Source of the DNA: Bugula neritina
Lineage: Eukaryota > Animalia > Bryozoa
Assembly (NCBI GenBank): GCA_964035545.1
Contig: OZ037767.1
Coordinates: forward strand, 25,188,628-25,252,627
Reading direction: 5' to 3'
Length of the DNA: 64,000 nucleotides
Shown here: in pieces, positions 14,819 to 29,400 of the stretch
How the letters are laid out: each line of letters opens with the position of its first letter
Numbering within the stretch: position 1 is the stretch's first letter
Program-made: the position numbers and the translations under genes
Notes under the pieces: generated by a model
The model's database searches: none
What the model was told of the DNA's origin: nothing
Seen by the model: only the letters and a program-made list of their open reading frames with translations

Positions 14819-15817
14819 CTCTGAAAACATGAAAAATAATTTAGATTAGCATTTTGATATTTTTTATTTTTGACTGAAGCACCATATTCAAATAAATAAT
14901 ATAAATAAACAGCTTACATGCAGACTAAACTTAGAAACATTCAGTTAGCATTTAATTACAGACTTTTCTGATATCCAAAACTTTTTTCACCACTATAGAA
15001 ATTTTTTGGGACCAACATGAGATGTTTGAAGAACTAACAAAAATCATATAATATTATAAAATACATTTGCTGTCTATCAAATATATAAAATAAACATATA
15101 TACGTTATATACCTTATATTTTAATAGTAAGTTTGTTAAATATTTTCACTTTTCTACTTTTTTAACACTTAAGAAACATATGTATAATCTCATAGTCTAA
15201 TAAAAAGGTAAACTTAAATCTAAAGTTTTAGGCTATAAAAACATAGTAGCCTAATGGTAAGTAAAGTACGTATTTGCACTAAAATTGAAACCTAATCATA
15301 ATGTTTGTGATGTTATCTTTTTGTAATCTCCAGCTTTATTAGTATGACTATGAGTATTACAATACAAGTTAAAAGTTACATTTACATTAACTGCTGGAAT
15401 TTTATATTTTAGAGCGTTGACTACGTACTATTAATAGTATTTTACATTTACTTGCTAACTTTAAATATAAATGATATGATTATATTTATTATAACCATTA
15501 TCATAAGTTATACTAACACTAATAGTTATACTTATACTAATACTAATAGTAATACTAATACTTGTATTAACTTATACTAGTTTAAGTTATAGTTATAGTA
15601 TTAGTTATTCATACCTGACTCTTGTGTCTATAATATTTAGATATATTACTTGAGAAATGCTACAGTGTAATATTTTTAAAACCAAAATTTAAATGCCAAT
15701 CAACATCTTCCATTAAAGAGTGAGTGACATAATAATGTTTACTAAATAATATAATTTGTCCATAAGGATAAAGTGAAAGGGCACACTGCTAGCAGGTGTT
15801 ACTGACGCCTGCGCATT

Positions 15818-15830
15818 GTTGCTTAGATAC
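15818..15830. promoter_or_regulatory. RFX X-box-like motif in the FHAD1/GEMIN5 divergent promoter region
   Basis: GTTGCTTAGATAC next to a GCGCA (NRF1 half-site-like) motif in a local GC island. Further X-box-like strings at ~16103-16114 and ~16129-16142. A candidate FHAD1 5'UTR donor (CAG|GTATGA, minus strand) lies near 15614. Confidence 0.45.
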
Positions 15831-16504
15831 ATTATTTGGAAATACTCTCAATTCTTTTATGATCAGTATTTTAAATTTGGCAAAAATATTTACTAAATAA
15901 TTTTTAAATTATATTATTTTGACAAAAATATGTTTAATTTTTTTTTAATTTAAACTTCTTTTAGATATCAAAATGCAATTGCTTCATACGCTAAATCTTC
16001 ATAGCAATTTATAGCTAAGACTCCTACAACGTTTAGTAACGTAACAGCATTACGAAGGCTATAATCATTATTCACGATAAATTGTCCACAAACATTCTAC
16101 AAGTTTCATGGAACTAGGCTATTAAAGTTATTCCATAGAAACCGCTTGAAACAGCATTGAGTTGTTGGTCACTGGGTGCATTGGTTTAGAGTTCTTGTTT
16201 AGTTTTCCGGTTACAAGTCCACACACACATATGTCTATACTCTATACTAACTCTGCACTTAGTCACTCACAACATGGTGCTTCTTTTAGCGGTTTATGTA
16301 TGGTTTTGTTCGCATGCATAATGATAATGTCATGCTTGAATATGGTTAAGTTTGCTTTTTAACAAGTTCACTCTGAATCTCATCCACCCATAAAACTAAC
16401 TAATTAAGTATATTAAAAGAGTTTCTTTAGAATTCATTGAAAATCATTGCCTTTGCTCACCCTTACGCTATTCCTTGATTTGTTTTGACAAAAATTTACT
16501 GGTA

Positions 16505-16900
16505 TATCAATTTCAAATCAATATGAATATCATTATGATTATGATTATCACAATATCAATATGAATATGACTACAGACTCTAGGTATATCAATATCAATC
16601 AATCAATGGCCATGAGACTGAGTATCAGTATGACTATGGGTATCACTATCAGTATGAGATTGAGTATAAGTTCACTAGTGACTATCACTATTAGTATTAG
16701 TACGAGTAATACTAATGACTAATGAGTAAAATATAAATATTATTATTAATTAATATGTGTAGTGATACCCATGATAATGATGACTATCAGTGTCATCATT
16801 ATGTCATTATGATGGTGATCTATTTTATAACTAATAGTAACACTCACTCTCATACTTCATATTGATAGTGATACTGATACTCATACTGGTAGTCATTTTG
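16505..16900. repeat. Low-complexity degenerate hexamer tract (ATCAAT/ATGAGT/AGTATC-like)
   Basis: Visible 3/6-bp periodic sequence; a similar TACTAA tract lies at ~15480-15610. Confidence 0.6.
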
Positions 16901-17411
16901 ATTTATAAACAAGATCTCTTAACTTGCATAAATCAGAATCTTGATAAATTTTTGGTTGCAGCTAGTCTTGCAAACTTGCAGTTATAAGTTACTTATAGTA
17001 ATAGTTATTAAATTTTAGAAGTTTGATTTTTAGCTTGATTAAGCTCAAATTGGTGATTACTATTAGACGTGAATTATTGCTGTTTTTTAGGATTTCCTGG
17101 CTCTACAATCTGAACTGATAATTCAATAATTCAAACAAGAACATGAAACCAGTAGACATTTTTATCATCTACAACTGATGTACTTCTGACTGTTAAAAAC
17201 ATTAAGGGTACTGGTTTTAATTTCATAAATGTGACTGCTTTTTGATGTAATTCGCAGTAAACCTATGAATAATTAATAGCAGCTTTATAATTTCAACTTT
17301 GGTTAATTTTATGTGAGCATTTGATTTCAGTTTATATGTCTCTCACATAACAGCCACTGACTAAGTATATTTGTTTTTTTTTCAGTCAATTGCATCTGTA
17401 TTGGATTCAAC

Positions 17412-20400
17412 ATGACTCAGTCACTACCATCTTCTGCAAACTGGTATTGCACTAAAATTATAGATGTTCATGACAATTTTGCTGTTTACGGATCTCGAAG
17501 TGATATTAATATTTTACAAATCACATCCAATTTTAAACAAAATCACCTTCAAAATACTGGCTTCCCTGGAGCTGTTGACCGTCAATCTGCAGTGTCTGCT
17601 ACTCAAAGCAACCACCAATTTGAACGAAATTTAAATTCCCAGAAATTTGTTAACTGCTTACTAATTTCAACACTTACTCGACTACACAAAGAGAAAATTA
17701 CTGCCGTCCGTTTGTTGAAATATGTAAAAGACGACTACGCAGATAGTAGCGATCATTTAGAAAACAGTTGGAGGTATACAATGTTTACCGGGGCTGAAGA
17801 TGGAAAAATAAAGCTTCATTTTTTATCATGGACTGATTGTGCATCACAGAAACTACCAGTCGTGAAAAGCAAGCTTCATTCCGAGCATCAACTGCCCAGA
17901 AATGTATGTTAGTTTTGACTGAATATAAAATAATATTGAATATTTTAGTATACTTTCGTGTATTTGGCTATGTTATTAAGTTTTGCAATTATTTGTGTCA
18001 ATGTAAGTGTGCATGTATACATCATGTAATTAGGGTATTTCTGTGTGTATAAGATATTCTCAGCATATTTATGACATATTCTAACTTGATAATATATTAA
18101 ATTTTGCCATTACTATGTTGTATTATTTCAGTGTAAAGTTACATGTGCTGAGATTTGTGCTGGTCAACTGGTTATTGGGGATGATAAAGGAAACTTGAGT
18201 TGCTGGACATGGAAGACGGGCCTTACCAATCAAACTAAACTGGGAACCAATTCTATTCTTACCTTAGAGTTTAAAGAGTCGGAATTGTTATTAGCTGTTG
18301 GGTTAGTAATGGCTGGTGGGCTTTACAGTTGCAGATTTTGATTTTTGTAGATGACCATTATAGTTACTTTATTATATAAATTGTTGGATATTTACACAAT
18401 TTATGCAAATGAAGACTATATCTTTTATTATTTTAGAATTTACTTCTTCAAGTATTCAACTTTTAAGTAGTTTTACATTATAAATAATTTAGTTGTCGAC
18501 TAAAATATTTTGTCTATCATATAATTTATATTTGTTAGGACAAAGAACGGTGGCATATTAATATATAGTGTAAGCAATCATCAGGTTGTTCTAAAGCTCA
18601 AAGGTCATGATGAAGATGTTTACTCTCTACAGTGGAGGCCAGACTCTCTAGTTCACTCGTTTGCTGGTAATGGTGCTGACACTAGTTAATCTGAAGTTTA
18701 TTTTATGATACGTTGTTGATTAGTCAGTACCTTTAAGTTGAATGTTGCAATCCTAAATGGTAATAGTAAAAAAGTGTCAGGTTAGAGAACCTTAAAGTTA
18801 ATTGTTTTGTCTACAAAGCTTACCTAAACTGTATGGACTGATGTTTAATTCTAAAAGAAGCAACCTCGCATGATCATGCTACTCCAAACACTAAATTTAA
18901 ATTAAAAAACCAGAAATAGTAGTGGCTGAGAAATTTTAAAAGATTTCTCAGTCTCTATTATTTCCGGTTTTCTAGTTTAAATTTAGTATTTAAAGTAGCA
19001 TGATCATCCAGGAAGGGGGTTGCTTTCGCTACTTTGCTAAATATTTTGCTAGGACAGCTAATCTCTGGAAGTCGAGATCGAACCATCAGAATGTGGGATT
19101 TGGCCACCAGGCGCTGTGTTTCATACAACAAGCTGCCCAACGCAGTTAGTGGTTACAGTAAAGGGAGACAGGACAGAGAGAAGGTGTGGCTGAGTTTAGC
19201 ATGGCTGCCCACTGGCCAAGTTGTCTCTACAAGTCCAAGGTGAGAATGCTGACGGAATACACATATTCTTGTGGCCGGGCGGCAGAAAGCTCATGTTGAA
19301 AAATATTTTAGTTTGAAAATCACGTATATTTCTCTGGCTTGGGCTAAAGTCCTACATTTAGGTCTTTGCTGAAAAATCTAAATATGAATTTTCAATCATT
19401 TGTGTATCGAAAATGGTCTACCATATACCTAGTGCCTAAAATTTTTATAAACTAAAAGCTTTGTACTGGGAAACATATCGTCCCTTTATGCTAAAAGGAC
19501 TTGCACCACTGTTGTCTTTTAATTTGCATAATTTCCAAATTTGATTGTAAAGTCTAATTGGAGTTATGGTTCCAGTACTAAAGTTCTCATCTCAACTAGT
19601 TCAACTTAAAGATCCGGTATATATATTACAGTGGAGAGCTTCTAGTGTGGACATTCAGTACTAACTCTAGTCAGTGGCTCCCTCTGGTGACAAGTGGTCC
19701 TAAAGGTCATAACCGGCTGGTGTTTACCCTAACTCTCTTTGAGGGTGGCACTAAAATGATTAGCACTTCAATGGATAGAAGTTTAATCTTATGGGATATT
19801 TCTGCTACTGCCATAGCAACAAATGGGAATGCTGCTGCAGTGACAACTCCTTCGAGTTTATCTGAAATAGAGGCAGAAGGTCATATAGCTGGTATGTTTA
19901 TCTATATATATTATATATGTTGCAATAGAAGAGTTTTCCTGGAGAACTATAAATAGTAATCGATAGATTATAATCCTATGTTATGATTTTTTTGACAAAT
20001 AAATATATTTTGCACTTCATGCAATTGAAAATCTTGAAGATTATGAAATTGAGTGAAATTTTGGAAATCAGCATTTCTTAATGTGTTTAGCTAAAGTGCT
20101 TTCGCTTGGAATTCAGGACTAAATTCAGTTGAAATTGGTGTAAAATGTTCATATCGTTCTTCATGTTCTATGAAAAGTTAAAGTCTTTCATGTTTTTGCA
20201 TTACTTTGATGCCATTTGTAGGTTTCGACGTAAAGTTGATATAAATTTCCTTCAAGTTAATTAAAAGCCTTCTGTCATCTTGTATGAACATCTGAAATAC
20301 AACTTTTATAATACAATCAACGAAAACATCTCATGCATTATGTATATTAACTGACACGTTTTAGACACTTTTGTCTTCTCACATCACAGGATATATTGTA

Positions 20401-23400
20401 CAGTGTACGTAAGCCGTCATGACTAGAATTAGTAACTCTCAAGCTTATTTATATCCGGTAGGTAACCCATGATTATTTGTGTTTTCTTGCATGTCTCTGC
20501 CAGTTGATGATGATGGCATGTGGCAGAAAGTAGACGTGACCTCTAGACAACCTTCGGATTCTCAGAGGACTTGCTGTGCAAAAATAATCTTGAATTTGCC
20601 AACATTTGGTGGTTTTGTGTATTGTGTGCGGGCATCTTTAGTAGACCCAGGTATGTTATTGAACTTCTAGGTAGTATTATGACTAGGTAGCCGTGTGACC
20701 AGGTGGTGGTGTGACTAGGTGGTAGTGTGACTAGGTGGTAGTGTGACTAGGTAATAGTGTGACTAGGTAGTAGTGTGACTAGGTGGTAGTGTGACTAGGT
20801 GGTAGTGTGACTAGGTAATAGCGTGACTAGGTAATAGTGTGGCTAGGTAGCGGTGTGACTGGGTAGTACTATTGTCCTACTGATTCCTCAGGTAGACTTG
20901 CAGTTGGAGTGGGAGACAATCTCATCAGAGTGTGGAATGTGAATGAAGGAGCTGGACCATATGACTGTACAAGTATGTGGCAGGGCCTGAAGAGTAAAGT
21001 AACAGCAGTAAGTTAACTCGTGTTGTGATATTTGTGCTGTGGTATTGTTAGTCTATATATTGACAGATAGCTTAATTATCATTGCCAAACCCTAAACCTG
21101 GCGGTTTAGCAAAGTGTGAATAATGTGTCTTTGCTCTAAGAAAAATGCTCATTAATATCTTCTGGGTTAGATTATCTCATGCCATCCTTTCAAGAATGTT
21201 AAATCAAAGTTTAAAAATATTAATATTTTGAAGTAAGTGTTGGCCTACCTTAGCTGGAACAAGCAAAATATCGATGAAAATATTTGAAATCTGTGAGAAA
21301 CAAACAATGTTGCAAAAGTTACGACTTTCATCACCAACATATGAAAGTCATAATAAAACTGGGTTAAAGAAATATGAAATAATGTTAATAAGACCATTCG
21401 TATTGCATTGTTTTAGTTGGCGTGGCATCCATTTAATGAGAGCAAGTTAGCCTATGGCACTGATGATGGAAGGGTGGGTGTATTCCCATCCCTTAGTAAG
21501 AAGGCACCAATCATATTTGGAACTTACCATCAAAAGATTGTGTATGTTGTGTCTTGGGGCCCTCGCCCTTTTACAGATGGTAAGATTTCTGTTATATCAG
21601 TTAGCTGTTAAACCTTTCGCCTGGCTTGCATTTTGTATCAGTTAATAATGTGGAATAATGTGATTTAATGGCAACTTTTATGATGAAAATTATCATTATT
21701 TAAATGTCCTAATATTGATATCTTTCATTTTGTTAATATATTGAATGATTTTTCTGTTTAATTATTCCATCTATCATCTTCTACCCCATAACTGACTTCT
21801 ATCATCATTAGATTCTCTGTTCCTAGGTCAAGTAGATGGGGAGTCTATGACAGTGTACAGTGTTGGTGATGGTACAATTTTGGTACACAGTCTATCTAAG
21901 GCGGCCACTGAGCCCGCTAAAGACATCAATGCTATTCTCACTGAGGTCAACGGATCTTCAGTGCCTACGAAGATACGGAGTGAACTAGCCTGGTCTCAGG
22001 ATTACAGTTTGCTGTATCTAGGCAACGAGGATGGGTGAGTCATTCGGTTACTCTTCTCTGGTTACGCAATACAATGGAGAGCAAATGGTCAGGTTTTATT
22101 TCTTTGCTTGCTTATTAAACACCATACGTTTTTGGTTTGTTTTTGAGCCGATTTATAGGGCAACTGGTGTGATTTAAAAGATTAGACAATGATTAGTTGG
22201 TTAAATATAAACTCCTCGCCAAGTTCAAACGTACCAGTGGTTTATTGTTTGGAGTTCCGTTTTGTTGGTTGTTTTTGCTGACACTTCTGGGGTGAGGTTT
22301 TCCTTTAACTGCAGAGAATAATTATTACTTTCTATAATATTTCTTAATTACATTTTACTCACCATTCTATCATTGGTTGCTATAGTGGTTTACTCTGTAA
22401 TGTGTAGATCAGCAGTAAAATCACTATTTTGGTATTGGCTAGATTTCATTCGCATCTTCCTGTTTTTTTGTTATTTTAGGTCAGTTTTGGTTGTAAAAAG
22501 AAGTGATTTCAAGTGCATATGTGTAATAAACGTGTTCAATAAACTGGTGAACTGCATACGACCCCAGCCTTGTCAGCTTCCAGCAGGTTCTTGCTCATCT
22601 CTCATGGCTATCGGTAGTAACGGGCACCTGGTTAAGGTTGTCGACTTATCTGCTGTTAACCAATCACTCTCAGGTATGGGAAATTTATTTTAAAATTTTG
22701 TTAAATTAGTTGCTAGAAATCTTTAAATAGCCATCACATGTTGCACTTAAAACTGTTCCAAAAACTATTTTAATTAACTGAGTTGTCTTCAATTTTGTTT
22801 CAAGATTATTTTTATTTTTGAAAATGTATTTTTTCAATGACCTGCTAGTCATTTCACTACTGTTCAGCTTTTTCTACCACTTGCGGGTCACAGTATAGAT
22901 TACCATGTGTTTGTTACATTCTTTTTGTTGCTAAATGTTTTATACTGTCCAGAGAATGTACATGGTTCGTTTATTTATGCAGGGGAGACTATTCCGGTTA
23001 TAAACGAAGCTGTTGCTGTGCTAAAAGGCCACAAGAGTAGAATAACAGACATGTGCTGGCCAATATTTGAGCCTCACAAACTCCTGACTGTATCCTACGA
23101 CAGCAAAGCTTTGGTTGGTGTCAGCATGCATTGCTTACTTCAGCTATTCTAAAGTCAGCGCCATATTTTTAAATTTTTTAACTAGTTCCATAATATAAGT
23201 TTACACATATTTGAAAATTTTATTACTTCAAAATTATCTGATTTCAGTAAATCTTGTTAAAAAGAATCATGTTTTACTAAAAAATATGCTTAAAAAGGTA
23301 TTTTATGCTGCTAGTGGTGTCACATGAAGCTGCATTTATTTTAACTGTTCAAGTCGAGTTTGAATTGTTTTTCAATTAGATGATACATTAACCCAAACAT

Positions 23401-26400
23401 GTCTATTTAATTATAATGATTTAAAGACTGTAATATTTGTAATACATGAAGTGCTTTAAAAACGGCAACTATAGATTTTAAATATTTGTTACAAAATTAA
23501 AGATTTTATAACACATTTCTTATTGTTATGAGCATGTATTATGTTGATTGCAGGTGTGGGATACACAGTTGGGAGTTATCCTCTCTGAATATAAGCATCA
23601 ACATGGCCATCTCCTTTCCTGTCAATGGAGTCTCGTAGAGAAAGATCTGATATACACGGGTTCCGATGACTTCTCACTCCACAGTTGGCGGCCATCTTTA
23701 TACGAGAAAACCACCACCACTGGAAATGGTCTCCTCATGTCTACGTCTGCGACTCCATTAGCTGCAGACAAAAATGCTGATGGTAAGATAGGATTTAGCT
23801 AGCTAAATGCTTGTGTGCCTACTCACCTTGTTAATGGCGTCAGCCTATTTTTCTTCTCCAAATTTCACACCTCAGTCATTTTATCCGCTGTTTTAAAATA
23901 AGTGTTCCAATGTTTACCAGTTTTTAATGTGTAGGCCACAATTTTCTGCCAATTTATTTGATAAGGACAGTAAAAGGACGATATCTATTATCGATTTTTT
24001 GTGTCTAATTTGTTAAAACAAGGCAACTTTTTTGCTACTAGCTGTTAGAACTGAGCAAGTTTGTGTGTTTTTTTGTCAACTAAATAACTGCTGGTTTCTC
24101 TCACTAGTAATGCGTTTTACATATATTTATTTTCCCAGTTTTGTGTTATCTTTAATATCTTCAAAGTATGAACATGTTTGTATATTTAGCAATAAACTGC
24201 TGTGAAAAATAATTGGTTTGCTATTCAACTGTTTTCCTCCTGCATAACATTTCAGTGTTCATCATATTGAAATTGTTTCGACATACTTAACGTTGTAACT
24301 TAAAATTATCTGATATGATTGTAGCACCAGATATTAAAGATGGTGAAAGTGTGAACCTGTTGCTGGACCAGAAGAGGAGAGAACTGCTAAGTATGGCCGG
24401 GGATTCTGTAGAACTTAATCAATCACATATAGCATCAGGTAAATGCCTTTAGTTGTTGTTACTTCTATTTAGTTTTAGCAACTTTTATTTATTGTTTGTA
24501 AAACTGATATGCGTTGTGTATTCATTCTCACCTTTGTTCTTTACTTCTTACGCAATACATGTTTTGTTTATGCACTTTTGTTATGTTTTTTCTTGTTTAT
24601 ATGGTGTAGTTCTTGTATTTACTTTTTTCTTTAATTTTATCTTCAGTCACATAGTTTTGTCTAATAAATGAATGAATTCATTGTTATTTGTAACCTTATT
24701 CTAACTAACACTTATTTTTAATGTAGTATTTCTCTTCCTGGGTTGTTAATATAACTATTTGGCAACATTGCAGCTGTGGACATGAATACCTCTGAATCTG
24801 TGGATGGTGCTGAGATGGTCAAGTCATCGGTTGACGTCGAAATAGTTGCACCGACTAAAAAAGTCGTGTCCAAGATGAAAAAGAGAGTTGGGAGATCGAT
24901 GTTTCCCAACATGTCTGCCGCTGTTAGAGCGGGGAATGATATTAATGACCTTGTACATCTGCAGGAGAAGACAAGCAGTGAGTTACATATGACGTAGTTT
25001 TGGTTTATGGACACTGACAGTGTTATTAGTGTTGACTGTATATTCATAGCTGTTGGTGCATCAATATAACATGTGGGAGATGGTAAATGCGAAGCAATAA
25101 AGAAATAAATGAAAAAAATACATTCTCGATAATAGCTGAAATGTTGATCACTAATGGCTTGTGAATATTGTGAGCAATAGTGTACTGATGTACTCATGCT
25201 GTACTGATAGTGTACTGATAGTGTACTGATACTGTAATAATAGTGTACTGATGTTGTATCTGTTGGTAGGTGGAGATCCAGTGGTAGCTGACAAAGACAA
25301 AGCTCACCTGGGTATATTCTCTCTACGTGAAGATGACATGGAGAAGTTCATTTCCCTGGAAAGTATGGCACATTTCAGGGCTCTACTAAAAATTGGAGTT
25401 ACTTTCTCTTTACAATATTGCCGAATATAATTGGAGATTACTTGAATAAAAACAATTGCTTTTCCCCAGAGCTTTTATTAGGCCATAAATTTTGAAAACT
25501 TTAAAATTCTCTTTTATTCTGAAAAACTTTTAAAACTTGGGTGCTTTTCATAATGGCCAGCATTAATTTATATTATTTTGTGAAGTATAGTCAAGTTACA
25601 CTCGCGCAATAAATACATTTCTTGAACTTTGACAAAATTTTGTCGAGATTTTTAAAAAATGTTTAGTACTTTATTTATAATGAATGTGCATGCTTTTTAT
25701 TAATCTTCAAAATCATCCAACGTATTTAAGTTACTTGTCTATTCTGAAAAGCACATGCATCGTGCTGCCACTTCTCTAGTGCATACAGCCAACACAATGG
25801 AATAGCCTGTGATTCTGTTACAGAGAGTACCTTATACACTGATGGCAACATAGAGGGTGGATCCTACATCAGTCTGTGGGAGGGTAACGTTGAGGAAGGT
25901 CTCATCAAAGCAGCTGAGGCTAATTCCCTCACAGATTGTCTCGTCAACTCAGCCTCCATGTGTGAGTGTCAAGTCATACAATAGCACAGTGTGTGTAGTG
26001 GTGGTGTTCAGCTTTCATTTCTCTCTAATTAGAACTACCAGATGTGTGTGGCCATTAGATTGAAGAGTATTCTATGTGTGTAGTAGACAATGTTTTGTAA
26101 ACTTTATTATTTACAAAAATATTGGAAGATCATCTTTTCAGAGTGTTACATGTACAGCTGCATTTGAAATATGTTTTCAAACTTTAAGACTGAAAGTTTG
26201 TGTAGTTCTACCCTGTTTTATAAATCTTTATAAATGTTGATGAAAAGTGGCTTTTAAGAATTGTATAATTACCGAGATCTTTAAAATTAAAGTTGAAAAC
26301 TTAAATGAATTTAACAATCTCATATTACATGTGGAATGGTGAAACACATTTTATTTTTATGAATTTCATTAGTTTTTTGTTTGATGTCTTTTTCTCATAT

Positions 26401-29400
26401 AAAATTCACCTTCTCCAAAGTTTTCTTAACCTTTGTATATTTGTGTATAGTTTCATGTTGGTTCTGTTACGTAAAATAATTGGTAATAGTTCAATGGTTG
26501 CCATAGTAACCATCTAAACAATCACCTCTCTCTGACCCGCATGTTTACAAACATACCGTGTGATGAGCAGTTGCCCTGATTAGTTTTGCCTATGTTCACA
26601 TATTCTTTGTGTTCTGCTATTATATACTGGTGAATACTAGCAGACGTAGTGTAGTCTTAGCACAGTGTATCTGATAGTCTGCACACGCCTGCTTGTAGTA
26701 GGATATGCAGAGTGGACCAAGTACTGTAGACTGTATGCTCAGCAATTGAGAGCAGAAGGCAGCATTCACAAAGCTGTTGCCTACCTACTCTATACCCACG
26801 ACGTTGATACATCTGTACTCTGGCTAACTGAAAACAACCTCTACAGGTAGGAATTTTCTGTGTGTGTTGTGTGCGTAGAAAGTTGGTTAGAGATCTTTGG
26901 TTTGGTATTTAATCTGATTATTTATGTTGTTGACAGTTTAAGATCTTACATAGTTGATTGGTTGAACCTTAAAATGTTTTTATTGGCGGTTTGATTACTA
27001 CGAAGTGCTGAAACCAATGAGCTATGCAGGATATTGATAATGCCGTATATGGTAACACATAGATGTGCAGCTTGTTCCATTGTAATGATTATACTATCCA
27101 TTGGCAGGGAGGCCGTATGCATTGTACGTAGCAGAGATCCTACCAACACTGAAAGGATACTAGAATTGTACAACAACTGGGCCAAACAACTGAGAAAAGA
27201 TGCCAACTATGAGACAGGTGCTAAGTGGTGAGCAGACAACTCCTTCTTCATTTATTTTTGGTGATAATTACTAATATTATTAGTTTATTTTCAACCATGT
27301 CATTCCCTGCACATTCTGCTTGTGGATTATTTTTCAACACATTAACAATATTTGTTGTATATGGAAGGGTTTAAATATATCCTTGCGGGCTGGTAACTTC
27401 ATTAAAAATAAATAAATGAGATATTTTTTGTTTACTACTTTATTTATCTAAAGTAAACTTCTATTTTGGATACCACTGTATTCATCTTCAGAGTTGATTG
27501 AAGTTGCCATAGGCCCTTTACTTTCACTACATGATATTGATTTTATAAGTATTTGATATAAAGAAGTTTTTCTACTTTCTAGTCTAGTTGCACTCAAAGA
27601 ACCCCTCTTAGCTTTAGACCTCCTCAGAAAGAGATCTGATCGAGACGGGACACTGCGGGCTATTCAGTACGTCTGTTTATCTTATAGCTTGTCTTCCAGT
27701 ATATCTACTATTTGTCTTCCACCACTTTATTATGCTGTAGCTATTATTCTAATTATTAATTTTCATGGACCATTTATAATAATGATTTTGAAAGTTTTAC
27801 CAGTTAATTTCTGTCGGCAGATTTGCAATGAGCTCTCCCGACTGTTTGGATTCGTTGATGGACTTGTGTGATCAACTGACTAGGGAATGCATTCTCTCTG
27901 GAGATTTCCAACTTATAGAGAAGTTATGCTCCCCACACACTAAGCTTCATGTGAGTATATTAAACTCAGCAGATAGTCATAAGCAATAATATTAGTAGAA
28001 TAATACAAATGTAGAGCTCCAGAACAAGTATCAGCTGGAATCATAAGGTTGAAGCTGAAAATAGGAATTCAATTAATTTATAAAAATTTGTTAACCGCAA
28101 ACCAATTCCTAATAATTTCTGGTTTTTTTTGAAAAAATACATCAGACTGAATACCTCAACTTTTAACTTATATTGCACATAGCCTGTATTCTATGATCTA
28201 GTACTAACAAGTGGTGTTTGATATGTAGTTTTCTATATAGGAATAAAACCTGTCAGTTTTCTAGTAAATTGTAGTATCAGATTCTTATTTTTGTTTCAGT
28301 TAGAACTGCATGTAATGCGATAATAATATGCAGTGTGCATGTTGTAGCCTTTCTTAGCCTGGAGTTTAGTCTACCAGTCCTTATCACCGGTGCTAGCCTG
28401 CGGGGCGTCTACTGACTTCTCCACCTTAGGCATAATAGAGTATATACGGGAACTGCTGGCTAGTCATAACATAAAACTGGTAGATTGCAGGAAACAGTGT
28501 TCACTCTCCCAGCAATGGATGTCACCATCTCAGGTTGGCTCTAACAGCGCTCCTTCCTTTCTGCTCTGTTGTGTATAGTGCCTTGGTTAATATGTCCTGC
28601 TGTAACTGTCAAGTACAATATCTTCGGTCACTGGGCTGAGATTCAACATTTACTTTTTAGTTTGCTACAAAATATGCTTTTTCTCTTTTTTGTTATGTAC
28701 CAATGGTTGATGTACAGGTTTATAATTAAAGTATTTTCATGAGAAACTTGATAACATTGCATTCATTTAACTCAAAATTTCTATTTTATAGTTTTTACCT
28801 GTTGAGATAGGTATGGAATCAGAAAAGAAATTTTAAAAAGCAGAGAAAAATTTTAACACAAGCAGTAATATTCTCACTCTATGTTAATCGTCACATAAAA
28901 TTGATAAGCTTTGCTAGTAAAATCTCTTTTCTGCTTTAACTGAATTGTTGGTTACTTTTATTATGCAGTTATGACCGTTTCAAGTATTAGCTTTTTACAT
29001 TTAACAGCAATCTTCCGGTAGGGACTGCTTTAAGCCAACATGGCATTTATTAGATATTTTTATATTACGATACTCTGCTTACTAAATACGGATTATCTGA
29101 TTATCTAAATTTGTTAAATCATGTTGTATGACGTGATAACATAATACTGTTATGTACACTGTTACATACCTCACTTATATGTCACTTCTAACTAGGCGAA
29201 GGTAGCCATATGCGAGAGGATTATTGGTCTAGCAGTAGATGTGACTGAAGGAGTAGGTGACATGGAGTCAGGTTTAGTTGAGCTTTACACCATGATCATG
29301 ATGTTACCCAAGTTACCACTGTATACCGAGTCAACTCTCACCACTGCCAAGGTCATCCATCTGCTGCAGTTTCCTGGTGAGTCATACCAGTGTGAGGATC

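Noticed and set aside
20678-20868. Regular repeats here and at 29557-29720 as CRISPR-like arrays
   Set aside because: Head-to-tail units with no unique spacers, inside eukaryotic introns, with no cas genes.
24718-25197. 159-aa minus-strand ORF
   Set aside because: Antisense shadow of GEMIN5 exon 24774-24977; no recognisable motif or splice support.
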